Shown piece after piece: positions 35,139 through 49,700 of a DNA stretch of 64,000 nucleotides. Position 1 is the stretch's first letter, and each line of letters starts with the position of its first letter. The translations under genes and the position numbers were made by a program. Origin of the DNA: Tricharina praecox (lineage: Eukaryota); assembly GCF_024521635.1 (NCBI RefSeq), contig NW_026250416.1, positions 682,001 through 746,000 of the forward strand. The letters are read 5' to 3'. Below the pieces are notes generated by a model, which ran no database searches, was not told the origin of the DNA, and was given only the letters and a program-made list of their open reading frames with translations.

Positions 35139-38100
35139 TTTGTGTTAAGTTTCGTGTTTCGTGGGTTTCGTGAGTTTCGGTGTTTCGTGAGCGAATTGCG
35201 TGTGAGAAAAGGTTGGAACTTGGAGCTCGAGGACTTTGGTTTTGTATTGTACACAGCTCAAGCGCTTGTGGAGATGTGGCCGTTCCGGGGCCTGGCTAGG
35301 CGCTTTACGGTTAAAGCTAATCCCCGCGGGCCCCGGAGGCAGTGTAACGATGACGCAGTGGGCATCATGGACTGGCACTCGTGGAAAACCGAGTAGTGGC
35401 GGGTGATTATGATGTTTAATCTGCTGGTAAGTCGAGTCGTCGGATTTAATGATGGATGGGACTGGGAGGAGGAGGAAGATGTGATCGGTGGTGAAGACTG
35501 GGCTTGAGGCTGGAAGTGTTGTCAGGACTTATAAGGTGTTCCCCGGGCAGGGGTTGGTCGCACGTGTCGATGACTAGAAACGTCGTTGCACAAGTCCGTT
35601 AGTTAAGCGCAATCGGCGTTTCCTTGTCCCACGGGCCACTCCGTCATCTGATAATTTCATCACCACCACCACAACGACGTATCTAAGCATCTAAGGAATT
35701 GACGAAGAAGAAGAGGAGGAAGGCGAAGAAGCAGAAGCAGAAAAAGAGAGGCCAAGGAACACATCCACGCCCTCGCCACCGTGCTGAGTCTCAGAAGCGA
35801 GACTTCCGTCCGTCGCTTACCATGTCTCAACGCCGCCACCACTCAAGACATGTCACTGTCATTGTCACATACCCAACAACCGTCTCAGTTCGGTGGATAC
35901 CATACGTCGGTAAACAAGGGCTAGGGAGCGGGTCGTTTCACGTTTCTCAATTGACGACTCGACGGTGATGGCCGGAAGTTCTAACTTCTGTCCATCGAGT
36001 AAATACGGTACTTCGTAGCGTACATAAGCCACATCCTCCTGCGTAGGGAGTCGTGGTAACGCCCCAGTGCCGGTCTACCCAGTAAGTCTCAGATCTAGAC
36101 GTACAGAGCTGTGATGGCCCATGGGGTCCAGGTACAGTTCGTCGCTGGCGAGCGGTGGGCGGCCTGCCACCCATACCAGTAACCATTCTCTTCGTCCTCC
36201 GACCCGTAGACCTTCTCCTCGATCGTCCTGTAGGCTGTATCCTCTTTCTCGCCCTGGAGGCCGGAGGCTGACTTTCACGCTCTCCCAGTCGAACTATTGC
36301 CGCGTAACGAGTTATCACTCGCCGCGTGAGATCGCGTGGCCGGCGGCCGGCCCTTGCTCGTATCCGGATTGGCCCTTGGGATCAGCCCTTCCCAACCATG
36401 TAACTTACTGAAAACCCGCCGTAGGCTCGTAGGCTTGGAACAACGGTACGGTCGCCCTGAAGGTGATCGTTCATGACAGTGAGGTGATGAAGGGATTTCT
36501 GAGGCAACCGACGGTTAGCCTCCGCGTCCAGGATTTCTCATTGCCACCATGTGTGAAGATTTGGGGGCATGGCCAAGTAAGTACTTAAGTAAGTAAGCAG
36601 TAGGTACTCTACTTATAAGGGCACTCCGGCGGAAAAAGCAACCGGGAACGGTGGAGCTGAGATACACAGGGAATTCAAGGCTAGCAAAGGTGCCCCTGCC
36701 AGCTTCAGCTGCAGCCGAAGCCTGAGGAGCAGACGCAGATGGAGGAATCATTTCATTACTTCCAGGTTCTCGCTAATCTTAACAACCCGCTCGGGAATTG
36801 GTGCGGCTGGTGCTTACATACGGCTGGAGAAACCGAACCCCTAATCTCCATTCGCGAGCTTTACTATCTGCTATGTTTGGCATGGCCGATGGCAGTTATT
36901 GACGACCGAGTTAGTGTGGGGCTGATATGACTGTGGCGCTCAGCTGTTTGCACCATTTTTGCATGAGCGGATATTTTGTGCCCGTCACTACCGTTGATCA
37001 TCGGGGCACTACAGAATCGGAGGCGAGGGACATCGACGCTGCGGCGATCACAGCCTGCTGGTGAGTTGTTAGAAGCCGCTCTTGAGACTCGAGGTTTCTG
37101 GGAGGAGTCCTCCCACCGGCCGCGAGCTCTGATATGTACTACGGTAGAGGGATATTACTCAACGCCTACGACGTATGGCTGATGGGGCCTCGGGAAATTT
37201 GGGCTATTGAATGGGTGATTGAAGCTGCACAAGAGAATTAATCGAGTCCTTGTCACCGACGAGACGCAGTAGTGGGACGAGGAAATCATGGATATCTGTG
37301 TGTTCCTGAACCGGCTGTATCTGCAGGTAGGTAGTGGGGGCTATGGATAGCGGGGCGGGCGACTCGCGAGGGAGGAGGCCGACAACGTTCTCTCTTTCGT
37401 CGCTCTTCACCTCTGTGCGCTCCATATCCGTCCGGAATCCGGATGCTCTAGCGGCGGCGGTGAGTGAATTTGTTGCATTAAGCAGGTTATCCGGACTATG
37501 GACAGGATATGTACCTGGGGGACGTCTTGCCACGATGTAGGTAATACCAAGGTCCAGAATCGAATGCAATGCGATCATCGTCATCATCTTTTGGATCAGC
37601 GGGTACTCGTTGCGGGCTGAGCTGAGGCTCAGTTGATGTAGGGTTTTTCAGAAACCGCCGTAACAGACAGAAAGCCATCGAGCATCCAAGTACCTGCGCA
37701 TGCTCGGCAGCAACGGTGCCTTTGTGATAGTCCGATAGTGTTGCTCCTGGGGGCGGGGCGGCAATGGGAATGGTCGTAGTTCTGAATCCCGATATTCGCA
37801 GGGAAAGTCAACACCGGCCACAGCCTACTGAAGATCCGGGGAGGATTTGTGTGTAGAGTAACTTGGATGTCGAAAGATGCTGGAGTGGAAGTGAATACAA
37901 GGTAGATACTCTACCTACTACGGATCCGAGACATCGCTAGGAAGACCAGCCGCCGGCATGATCGATCACCCGACTCCACTCAGCTCACGTCTACTTCCGG
38001 GATGGCACGTGCATCGTCTGGGGTTCACTTCAGCTTCTGGAGATTCGGAGTGAGGTGATTCCATTCACTATCAAAAATTCATTTGCGTAAGGGAACAAAT

Positions 38101-38205
38101 GCCCGCAGCGGCAGCTTGGCACGAGGCTCGAGTCGTGGCCGGTTGCAGATTTGTTGGAGAGAACAAGTTCCAGGTGTCTCATCCGAATACTTGTGAAGCG
38201 GGTTG

Positions 38206-38252
<47 letters not shown>
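38206..38252. repeat. (GATT)n microsatellite
   Basis: Read directly from the sequence. Confidence 0.95.
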
Positions 38253-38255
<3 letters not shown>

Positions 38256-39853
38256 ATACAGCATGGAACCCGAAGGTTATGGCCGATAGAGATATCTACA
38301 ATACAACATTTCGACAAAGAAATTCCACCACCAAATCCATACAGAAATGACAAGCCAAATCCCTTCGTCTCGCAATATTTTGAAAGTGAGCCTCCGAAGA
38401 GGCTCGGGTTGTCGGTTTTGCGCTGTAGCGGCGCTTCGTAGCCCTCCTCTTCTCCAAAAGATACCTCCACTCGATACTACCTTCAACATAACCAGTCTAG
38501 CGCACACAGCATGGTGCTCGAAAGGAAGCGTCGTCTCGGGGTTTGCGTAGTTGTCAAGGCCGGGGCCCGATGAATAGCAGCGAAGATATTTGGATCGAAG
38601 GCGGGACTGACAAAATGCCGGTTGTCATGGTCGACGTTGTCCTGGGCCAAGCCCTGAGCTCTCCCCCTGGAGTTCACTCTCCTCCCCGCCGTCGCCGTAT
38701 CGCCTGCTAAACAGGCTCTCCTAGAGTGATAAAATCGATGATAATGTGCGGGGAAGCGATGGTGAGACTTCTGCAGAGGTTCGCACGTAGCACCCGTGGT
38801 GGTGTAGTTCTCCGGCTAGGGACCGAGGCTCGATTAATCTCTATCGCTTCATGCTCATCGTCGTCGAATTTGTCGGTCGAGGCACTCAATCCGCGGTCGG
38901 AGAGAGTGGACACACACGCCACATGAATCCTGAAGCCAAAGTGAGCGGGGCATTTGGTGTGCCAACGCATAGTCTTGGCATTTTTGGAAGGTTGGTGTGG
39001 TTGCCGGAGGTGTGTGTCTGAAGCGGGTTGTTGTGAATATTGGTAAAAGTACGAACTCTAAAAATCACCGCCAGGGAGCCCCACTTGTTTTTCCAGGTGA
39101 GCACCGTGATACGTATGATATGTCGGGGGAAAATCAAAAAACTCACGATCTATGTATTATGCTAACTGGTTACAAAGGACCTCCGCGCGTAATAACTGAG
39201 GAGGCGGGGTGAGACCCCATTAGCGACCGATTCAAAGCGGACATCCGCTTGGCGACCCTTGCAACGGGCACCGATCCGACCGCTAGTTAGTTAACTATCG
39301 ACTGCCAACAGCGAGATCACTGCTGAAAGTAAGACACGGCCTGAAAATCGGGGACCGCAATTTAGCTTGCTTTTGGCCGATTTTCGATCGGCCGGCCCTT
39401 GCTGTGCATTGCCGAGAAGAGGTCGGTGGTCTAGGTGGAGCACATGATTGGCCACTTGATATGGACTCGCGGGGCTCGGTGGATTCGGCTTGAGTACCTG
39501 CTCGGCGATGAGGCAATGCGTTGGCACCACGAATTCCGAGTTGACTACTAACCGCCGGAGCTCGCACTCGATGTCCGCCGGAGACAGGATATGCATCCAG
39601 TTACAGAGTATCCATCCGAACATGTCTTAGACTTCAGTTGTGATCTAGTGCGTCGGAGGTGATATTCCCTGAAGTGGGAGGCAATATCGCATTGCTGGCC
39701 CGGATATCGTCAGGCAGTTTCTCGAGGAGGTTCAAGCTGGTCGGATCAAAGGAACCGAATGGTGGTATAAGACCGCCGTCAAGCTGCTGAACATTTCTCT
39801 CGATAAGCGATCCTCCATCCTTCCCACCTATCCATCCATCCATTGTGGCCACC

Positions 39854-41523
39854 ATGATGTCTTTACGGCTTTCCCTTCTTGCCGCGGTTCTCGCTTTCGG
39901 TGCGTGTGGATATGCCGCTCCAGCACCACAAGATGACACCGGAAAAGTCATCGAAACGGAAATCCTCATTCTCGGCGGCGGCATGACCGGAGTAGCGGCA
40001 GCAAATTCGCTCTACCACGACGCCGGTATGCGCAACATCCTCATCGTCGAAGCGCGGTCGGTGCTCGGCGGCAGAGTGCAAGACTCGCGGATCGGCAACT
40101 ACACCATCGAGTACGGCGCGAATTGGATCCAGGGGCTGGGCAACAATCCCATCTGGAAGATGGCACAGAAGTACGGCGTTGTGAATCGGTATTCGAACTG
40201 GGAGAGCATCGATTATTTCACCAAAGACGGGTGGGAAGGCGATGATGGGCCGCTCCAGCATGCCGTCACAAGGTACGAGGAGGAGGTCTTTCCGGCAGCT
40301 GCGGCAGATGCCGGCAGGAGGAAGGAGCTCGGTCAGCCGGATCTGAGTATGAAGGCTGGATTGAAACTCAACGGATGGAATCCTTTGACACCGGAAGAAA
40401 GAACCGCTGAGTGTGAGTTTGACATTCCGTACAAACCAGCCGATGACGATACTGATATTTTTTCTTGCAGTCTTCGCCCACGACTGGGAACAAGCCGAGC
40501 CCCCAATCGTCTCCTCGTTCATCGGAACGGCCGAGGCTTACAACGAGACTTTCGTCGAGTCCGGCAACGGCACGAACAACATCGTTACCGACCAGGTAAC
40601 CGGCTACAAGGGAGTCGTTCTCGGCCACGCGGCGGAGATCCCCAACCTCAACGTCATGTACAACACCGTTGTCACCGAAATCGCATACTCAGCGACCGGC
40701 GTGACCGTAAAGACTAAGACTGGACTCACGATCAAAGCCAAGAAGGCACTTTGCACGTTCTCTCTCGGCGTGCTGCAGCACGACGATGTCAAATTCGTGC
40801 CCGAGTTGCCCGAATGGAAACGCGAGGCCATTGCCAACTTCCACATGGCAACTTACACTAAGATCTTTGCTCGTTTCCCGACAAAGTTCTGGAACGACAC
40901 CGTACAGCATCCCATCCCTGCCCACGTATGTCCCAGTTAACGATCTCTAGGAATTCGCCCTCTACGCCGACCCCGACGAGCGCGGCTTCTATGCGGTGTG
41001 GCAGACGCTCGACCTGCCCGGCTTCTTCCCTGGATCCAAGATCCTATTCGCGACGTTGACGGGCGAGCAAGCGCACCACGCCGAGTACCAGACGGATGCG
41101 GAAGTGCAAGCGGACTACGTGCAGGTGCTGCGGGACATGTACGGGGCGGCGAACGTTCCGGAGCCGATCGAGTTCAAGTTCCCGCGGTGGAACATGGACC
41201 CGCTCTTCCGCGGCACATTTACGAACTGGGGTGCTGGCGTCACCGTCAAGCAGCAGGAGGATATGCGCGTGCCCGTCGGTGGTGAGCTGGATAGCGAGGC
41301 TACCCTCTGGTTCGCTGGTGAGCACACCAGCCGCAAGTACTTTGGCTACCTCCACGGTGCCTACTGGGAGGGGAGACTCGCGGCCAGCCATATTGCCGAT
41401 TGTGTCCTCCGGCAGTGTGTCACTGGTGATATCACGAAGAAGGTTAGGAGGCAGGCGGTGGACTTCGACGCCGGTGACGATGCCGGCGCTAAGAAGCAGA
41501 GAAGAAGGAGAATGTGGACTTAG
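39854..41523 (+). CDS. Secreted flavin-containing amine (polyamine) oxidase ~520 aa, 3 exons (39854-40412, 40471-40901, 40951-41523)
   Basis: ILILGGGMTGVAAA FAD motif, EARSVLGGRV, EYGANWIQG, CTFSLGVLQ, YTKIF, FAGEHTS...GYLHGAYWEG; N-terminal signal peptide; both introns restore the frame. Confidence 0.93.
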
Positions 41524-43157
41524 GCGTGAAAGGGATGGGCATTTTTGTACATATCAAGATTTCGATGAATATTATGATGGAACGATGTTGAAGGAAAACA
41601 TCACCAACGTGTCTACTCTCCGTGTGCACCTAGAAGAAATATTGCTTTTTGTTGGATATGTTCATACTCCGACCCCGAGTGAGTGGTAAAAGCAGGAAGA
41701 GTCGTGAGAAGGAATATCGGATCTCTAACTGACGCTCATAATAGTACAGAGAAGGCCCCTGAGACTCAAACAACACTAGCGACCAAGCAGCCCAGTTATT
41801 CCGCCACGTTTTGGTAGGAACATACTGTCGTATCCCTGGAACGGACACGCTGTTGCCATGCGATTATCTGTCGATTAATCACCAGTTTCTGTTCAAGAGA
41901 AACTTTTTGGTGAAGTAGATGGCGCTTAAAAGTAGGCTATGTTTTCCATCGGTTCAAGGAGCCCCCAACTATAGCCGCGGGCGACTGGTCACTGAGCTTT
42001 AGGTGGGTACAAGCGCGTGATGAGTTGATACCTCAAATCATTGACCAGTAATCACTCTGATACGAGGCTATCAGAAAAAGCTGATATCTTTTCACTCTGG
42101 GCATCACTTCGTGGTTTACCTCTCGGATTCTCTCCTCCACTGCTGTGCGCGGTGACGAAGCTTTTTCTGGTCTCTAGCTGTGGGGACGGTATGGCTAATC
42201 CACTTCCGGACGTAAAGCTAACCTGATTAGATGTCGGTAGACCTGCCTGCTCTTGCAGTCGACCAATTTGGCAGACCGGCGAAGTGAAAACGTTGAAGCC
42301 CGAATTCTTTTGTGTAAAGTGTACTCTAAATAGTAGGCGTCATCGGTGATTTCCGAAGAAGCCTCAAGCGGGACCCTGTCGAGACCTGGTGAGACCAATT
42401 TATGGAGGGGTGTCAAGTGTGTGTGATGGAGGTGATGCCAAGTGTGATGGAGGTGATGCCAAGTGTTTCTGAAGGGAGACCCGATGCGGTCGTTGAACGT
42501 TGAAATGTTTTCTGTTGCTTTTCTGTTCGTCTTGTCGGTCGCCTCTTCTTCAACACCACAGACATCATCGTCTTCATAAACCTCTTCAATTAATCACGTT
42601 TTTTTTTTTTTTGACGACACCGTTCTTGGGACCACTCAGTATTCTACAGATTCCAGAGGTTTCATGTCTGCATGGCGCGAAGCCATCGAGCACCCTTGTC
42701 GCACGTGCCACCTCGTGACCGCTCCGCTACTCACCAAAGTACCGTCGATGTATGTAGTACTTCATAAGTACTGCCCTACATGTATGTAAGTACTTACTTA
42801 CTTACTCTTGATAGCCCGACAAACTCACCTAATGCCAGAATCTCCAGCCAAATATCGCCAGTCTCTGCGCACGATTCACCGATACACTCGCCTCGCCAAA
42901 TCTGCAATGGCTGCTCTCCCCCGGCTGCAGAGCGCGCGGGGCTCACGCTGCCGACGGAGGATGGAGGGAAGCTCGGGGAATACTGTCGGTCACTACTACA
43001 TCGGTTGGTGACAATGAGGGGTAATGGGACTCTGCTGCCGGCAGTGCTGGAGCCTGGGAGCGGCTGAGCTGCAGCTACAGGTGATGATGGCCCAACATCA
43101 TTGAAACCCGGACAACATCTAAGCGCCTCTTAGACGCGACCGAACTCATCTTCGACT

Positions 43158-43705
43158 ATGGACGGCCTTTCGGTTGCAGAATCTGTCGCGGGGTTGCTTC
43201 AAGTCGACGTCAAAGTGATCAAATTCCTCTCGAACATGGCCGACACTCTCGCCATAGTACGCGAGGTGATCGCCGAAGTTCGGGCTATGCGTATCATCTT
43301 TCGCCGGCTCGAAACGTTCATAATCAACTTCTCCGATTATAACCAAGATCGGATGTCCGGCATCGATGTCGATGATCTCGTCACCATCCTGACTGGTTGC
43401 GTGTGCACCTTCTTCGAAATCGACGGCGTGTTGGAGGGCTGCACCAATGAGGATGGCGACAGGCCTCGCCTTACCTTTTGGGATCGCGCCAGATGGGCGG
43501 CGAAGGAACAGGATCTCACCCGGATGCTGAGAAATCTGCAGAGCCATAAGAGTTCACTCATCCTGTTGCTCTCAATGTGGGTATACCGTGTTTGTCAAGC
43601 GGTCCGCTTTAATGAACCCTGACTGATACGGTGGTGTACTCTATGCTGAATCTATACGAGAGCCGCCAAAAGCTGGTAGATCTGGGGGAGATGCTTTCCC
43701 GTTAA
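43158..43705 (+). pseudogene. HeLo-like fungal N-terminal domain gene (Helo_like_N/SesA type), apparently truncated or degenerate
   Basis: MDGLSVAESVAGLLQ...LTGCVCTF.E....L...WDRARWAAKEQDLTRMLRNLQSHKSSLILLLSM is the typical signature. After a likely intron only a short piece (SMLNLYESRQKLVDLGEMLSR*) follows. Confidence 0.7.
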
Positions 43706-46700
43706 CTACGATCTCGCGGATGTATATGGGGAGGGGGTTACTTGAGTTAGTACTCGGCGACTAGTGCGCATCAGGTGTTGCGGTGCTACCGGTGCTAACC
43801 TTGATGCGTGTGTCGTAGGTGTTTATGGAACTGAGAACTACCGGCACCGGGTTCGTTGGAGGGATCGTTCGGGCATCACGATCGATGAGCCGATCTGTTT
43901 CGATTGCGGGTGGAGAGTCGGGGTTCGCTTCAGTATAATTAATGGAGAGGCGCATTCGATTTCGGATCGACGGTAATGACTCACGATCCGGCGGAGATCG
44001 GTTAGACTCGATCATGGTGTTGAATCACTGCGATGGAAAATCCTCTGGTTATCGGCGACATGAGTACTCACTCAACACCTAACCACAAGTTAATGTTGGA
44101 ATGTGTGAACAAGTAGTGTATTGTTGTTGTAGTATGAGAGTCTAAAGCCCCGAGAGTACACATAAAAGAGGGGTGGTAGGTGGCCAGTGCTCCCGACGTC
44201 ATGACCGCGTAAACGACTAAGCAGATATTACGACAGTTAAGGCCCGAGGGGATGGTTCACGAACGGGTGTGGGTACTACGCCGTCCGACTTTAACTCCTG
44301 CCGGGCCTTTCATATTGAGTGGGCCGTGAAGAATATCATCTAGCTAGATCATTGAAATATACACACATTCACAAATACTCCATTTCCATGTCCACTGTCC
44401 AACTCAATTTTCATCAAGCGATCCGATGTGACTTCCCCTACCCTCCACCCGGCCTTTCCAAGCGGTACTTTGCTACTTGTATATAGAGTACGCCAAAGGA
44501 AATAACTTTATCGCAGCCCACTTCAAGTGGTTGTCATAATATCACGAACTTCCGTGTACCTTATCATGTGAGATCACTCGAACTTCCGTCATCCGTTCTC
44601 ACGGAGGTGGCAAGCGGCAGCAAGCGGCCTCTATCCGAGGCACCTCCGCGCCTTCTTGTATATATGCCTTTCTTCTGTCATGTCTGATACACTGTACACT
44701 ACTTCTCAATACCACTTTTCTTGACAGTGGTGCCGGTATTTCCTCACGAGTGAGATCTCGTGTCGGTGTTCAACTCTTAGCGGCTAGATCCCTACCAGGT
44801 AGTAGATTCCGCAGGGCTGCTCACTCGGCCGGTCCGTGTTTCGTCGGTAAATCTTCACAAGAGCCCGCTCTTCCTCCCTCCCACCGCTCTTCAGCCGGGA
44901 AAACAAAGCTTTAACAAAGTCCGGCCCTAAGGATGACGATCGTGAGCCAGCGGTCGGCTGCCTATTGATTGAGAGGCGGTGAAAAGTGGAAGTTGGTTAA
45001 GCTGGTGGGTGGAATGCGTTTTCATCTTTCTACTTTCTGCTTTCAACTTTTACATGTATGAAATGTCAAGTGCCTTTCCATAGGGCCGGCGGTCGCGGAC
45101 AGCTGAGTGGAATGGCTATCATATGTACCTGCCATGCTCCGATGCAGTTCAATGCAAAGACGATGAACAACAATAATCGAAAATAACTTTAGTACTTAAG
45201 TTACGTTACAGTACCTACTGTACATGATTTCGGCAAAATTTTAGAAGCAAAACACGAGTGATATGCCGTGCTGCTCATTGGAGCGCTGTGCGGTAGATAT
45301 CGTATTGCCGCTGCCACCGCCAGCGAGTGAGTGAGTTCGTCCTGGTCGCTATGGACGATATCGGTACACTTTAAGACGGCATGTAATCTACTCATCCAAA
45401 GTTTCATGAGGTGTCGCAACCACGTTAACGTTCCATCGCCGGCCAGATTATGGATATCGAGAGCGATTCCAGCTAGTTGGAGTATTCTACATACTGGAAA
45501 GTCTGGACCAAACGGCCGTTTCTTAAGCGGTTGTGCGGCGTGAACGGGGAGCTTGAACGGATGAATGCAGGTGCTGGGGGGCCCATCATCCATGGTCCAT
45601 GATCCATGGGTGGACACTGGATAGGGAGGTCGGGCAATGCCAATATTTGGGATCACGACTGGTTGGGGAAGGAGGGAAGTTACTCTACTACCTATAGTTA
45701 GTCCGTAGGTATTTAGAGTACATAGCAGAAACGGCACGCCGCTCCCGTGTCTACACTGCACACATACCGGTAGTGGGTATCGGACAAACAACACCGCTCG
45801 CATCGTCCGTCGCGCGTAAAGTTCGTCCGCGGTCTCGGGGATAACTAAGTTACGCGCATTTGCTCGCAATGGCAGGGCAAGCCGCGGAAGCAGCGGTCGA
45901 ATCCTGTAGCTGCATGCTACAGATCTGCGGCGGCGAAAGTCCGGATCCTTGGTACATACATGATATGGTAAGTATTCGATTGGCGAATTCCAGGGTGGCC
46001 TAATTACCCTACATGATAGATTATTCTGGAAGCAGTAACCCCCCTCCATCCGGAAATAAACCTCTGCCCTCGTCCGACAAGTGCCGGAATGCGGGATATG
46101 ACTCGGAAGTCGGGGGTTTCCTTCCGTTGTGTAGATAATTTAGTTGCCATACTTACCCGTAGTTACCGGACCGTACCGGAGTGTGACATTCTTGCCCGTC
46201 CCCTGGGTACTTGCCCCTCCCCTGGGTACTTGCCCTTTGTCTTGCACTATGTATCAAGACGCCGTCTGAAGGGTTACATCCTAGAAATATGTAACCGGTG
46301 TTTTGCTCCAGCTTCCACTCTAAATTATACGGGGTCCTCTCGGTGCAGCCAACACGCACACAACCATATGAAACGAGCGAGAAATACGACGACCAGTTAT
46401 CAGTATCGTCACGTCTACCAGTGTCGTCACGTCAATACCGATCAAGCTCCCGGAACCACAGCGGGTGCCCGCGGGTCTCGGGAGCGAACCCCGACAAGGG
46501 CGTTCGGGCTAACTTGTAACTACTGGGTAAAATGCCACGCTATGCCGACCCGTCGGTATTAACCACACACGTGGCAGGCTAGCTAAGTACTCTGCAGGCA
46601 ATTCCTCGGGGCGGAAACTCAGGCCGCGTCTAAAAGCCATCCAGGAAATTTGTGCGTTATATATTTCGAAACGCCTCACTCCTAACTGGTCCTGATCCGG

Positions 46701-49700
46701 ATCGATGGGTGAAGACCTCCGGTGCGCAAAGGAGGATGGCTACATACATTTGTACCGTATTGTTGGCCGGGACATCTACCAGTTGTGGGGCGTTTCCCAA
46801 GGTCAATCTTGAATCAGCAGCGAGAGGATCATCTGGCGCCTCCACACTCCATCCTGTTGTGAACTTGTGATTGCATAACTATATTTGATTCCAGTTTTTC
46901 GATGTCGCACAATGCATATATACCGATTACCCCACTCAACCTACGGCCAATAGCGATGCGATTCCTCAGCCCTACACGACATCCGACGGCAACTGCCACC
47001 AAGGCTCAAGAATTGATGAAGATCGTAGAATCCCACCGTGGTTGCCCTGCAGGATGTGCAATACATACCGGTATATGTACGTCAATGCAAGCGGCTCACC
47101 CTGAATTCCTTGATCGGCGGATACGAGCAGGTTTGACCGGTAGGTTGTAAAGATCAGGATCGGTTCACGGCCTGGTTTGCAACTCTGTTAAGAAACGGCG
47201 GTTCCCCACATCCGGTACGATTGAATCACGGAGGAAATAGATACCAGTCGCGCAACGGAGATCGGGGAAAGGACGGTTGATACAAATGAACGCCAGTTGG
47301 CTCAACTTACGCCGACATCGGACGTTCGGCGACTTTGTTCCCCGAGAACGGCCCGAGAAGTATCTACCTCCAATCGGCGCATTGGTCCGTATGTATGTAC
47401 CCCACACAAACCCGGAAACCGGGACTCGTAGAGAGCGGTTGAGGCTTGCCCAGACCACCGCCCAGACCACTGCCCAGAGCCCGACGAAATCCCCTGGAAT
47501 TTCCAGGCTAACAAGCGGGATAGCGTCCTCCGTACTTATCTAGAAATGTAGCAGGCAGATCCTAGAAATCAATTTCCCCAATTTCCGCAGTACAAACGTA
47601 GCGCGTGCGATAGTTGCCGTGCGATTGACTAGCGACAGTCCGAGCCCGGTGTATCTCTACCAACCGGTATTCGCCGTGGCGCCGCCGAATTCATAGGTAG
47701 GGGCGCTCTTGGCCGGGCCGAACTCCGCAGTGCGCAGTTCGGACTCGACGCCGATCGGATGCATGTAGCCGCCAAGCCCGCCACCACCACCACCATCTCT
47801 CCAGCATCGATTCGCCTCAGCTAGGATTTATGCACTTGGCTTACCCGCATTTCGCCACGGAGCACACGAGCAGGCACACGAGCAGGCAAACAGGCAAACA
47901 GGCAAACAGGCAAACAGACAGGCTTCAAGTTGGATTTGTGTTAATCCTTCACAAGAAAGACGTCACCCATCGCTTGGAAGTTGGATATCGAGTTGCGGCC
48001 TCCAGGCTCCACCGGTTCGTCCGCTCTGCTCGCCGTGATTCTATCTCGCAAGTGGAAACCTCCACCACCACCGGCAGCATGGCCTTCGTGCCCAGCACGA
48101 ATAAGGGGAGGAGGCCCACGACGGATGAGTCTGCGACACCACATTCAGACTCTAGAGGTCACTGAGCATTGGGCACTGGAGTCTCATACGCTGCTGTTGG
48201 CGGCGTCCACACATAAAGAGGTGCAACAATTCTACTCTGGTTAGTGCGCACGCCAGTGATGCGCCATGAAGTAACTGCAACTCAAATTCCAACTCTAACG
48301 TGTAAGCGACGGCATGTTCCGTCGCATACAGGACCAGCCTCTCCTGAGCTCTGAGTCCTGGGAAGAGGGGAGGAGAGGTAAGGAGGGGATCCACGCGACA
48401 TGTCACGGTGTATGCAGCTGGAATACCGGTAGTAACTAACGGCCAGAATTTACGAGTGTTTAAGGTGTCTACATAGAGTAGAGTGGAGTGGAGCAGTCCA
48501 CCCTACATAATCGCGATATCACGGCCAGTCACGGCCTATGCGGTTGAACGCGGTACATAGACCGTATATAGACACCTCACGATACTCCATTCGCTTTGGC
48601 GACAACCACATGTACTCTAGACTCGTGACGTTGCGTGCGCCCAACCCTCCTCCCCCTCTCGCGGATCCCACCACCGCCCCCCATCCCCTATTGCTGGCTG
48701 GCTCGCGTAACAAAGGGCACGTCCTCTACGCTCTACGCTCTGCGCTCTGAACTCTGAGCTCGAGAGTCTCGAGTCTCAGCGCTCGTTCCCTCCTGTCGCC
48801 CAACGCAGACCTAGCCAAGAAACGCGGGGAACCACCACCCCTCCCCGGGCCCCCACCCAGTCCCGCCACCACCTGCCACACGTCTCCCGCCACCACCCGC
48901 CATCTCGTGGGTCGTCTCGTGAGTCGTGAGTCGTCTCGTGAGTGCTCGCCACCAACCCGCAGCAACAGTGGAGCAAGTTGCAACACCGGAGAACGCATCC
49001 GGCACAGTGGCTGCGACGCTGCGAGTATCCGCTCCACCAGCACGTCTAACTGGAGTACGGTAGGCCCTAGGGAGGTAGCTGTCGCAGGACATAACTACTA
49101 GGCGATATCCAAAACTTGTGGTCACCTACAACCCTAACCCACAGGCACCCTACCAAATTTCATGGCTGGGAGAAAGGGCTCCGCAGTCTACATACAGTAC
49201 GGCTGTGATTATCCAACTACTTTCAACTGAAGTTTCATTCAGTTCGGAAGAACATCTATTACATGAAATTAAAAAATGCGCTCGGCATTAGATACAGCTG
49301 TCGTAGGCGGGCAACTGCCAGTCTGCCACATCCTCACTCTCTCTTCGCGGATTTTGGTGTGTTGCCCGTGGGTTAGGGTTCCAGGTGTCCACAAGTTTTT
49401 GATATTTACTAGTAATCACATCGCTCCAATTCGTCAATTCGGTGGTTGGTGTTGGCTTTCCCCCCCATCCCCTCCACTTCGGCATGTCTTCCAAATCTGT
49501 ACTCCAACTCTGTAGGTGTGGATCAGTGTGAGTGAGGATTGGTGGGGATAGCCACTCGCGAGACACACACATGTCACAAGGAAAAAGCAAAGAAGGTTCA
49601 ACTCGCCACAGTACTCAACTCACCACACACAGTACCAGTAGCACCTACCCAAAGTTCATCCACGGAGTCCGCACAACCTACCATTTCTTTTTTAAGGTTT

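Noticed and set aside
45201..46049. 282-aa minus-strand ORF
   Set aside because: No domain, no codon bias, composition resembles random translation.
49126..49380. Telomere-like CCCTAACCC / GGGTTAGGGTT
   Set aside because: Fewer than two full units each; expected by chance.
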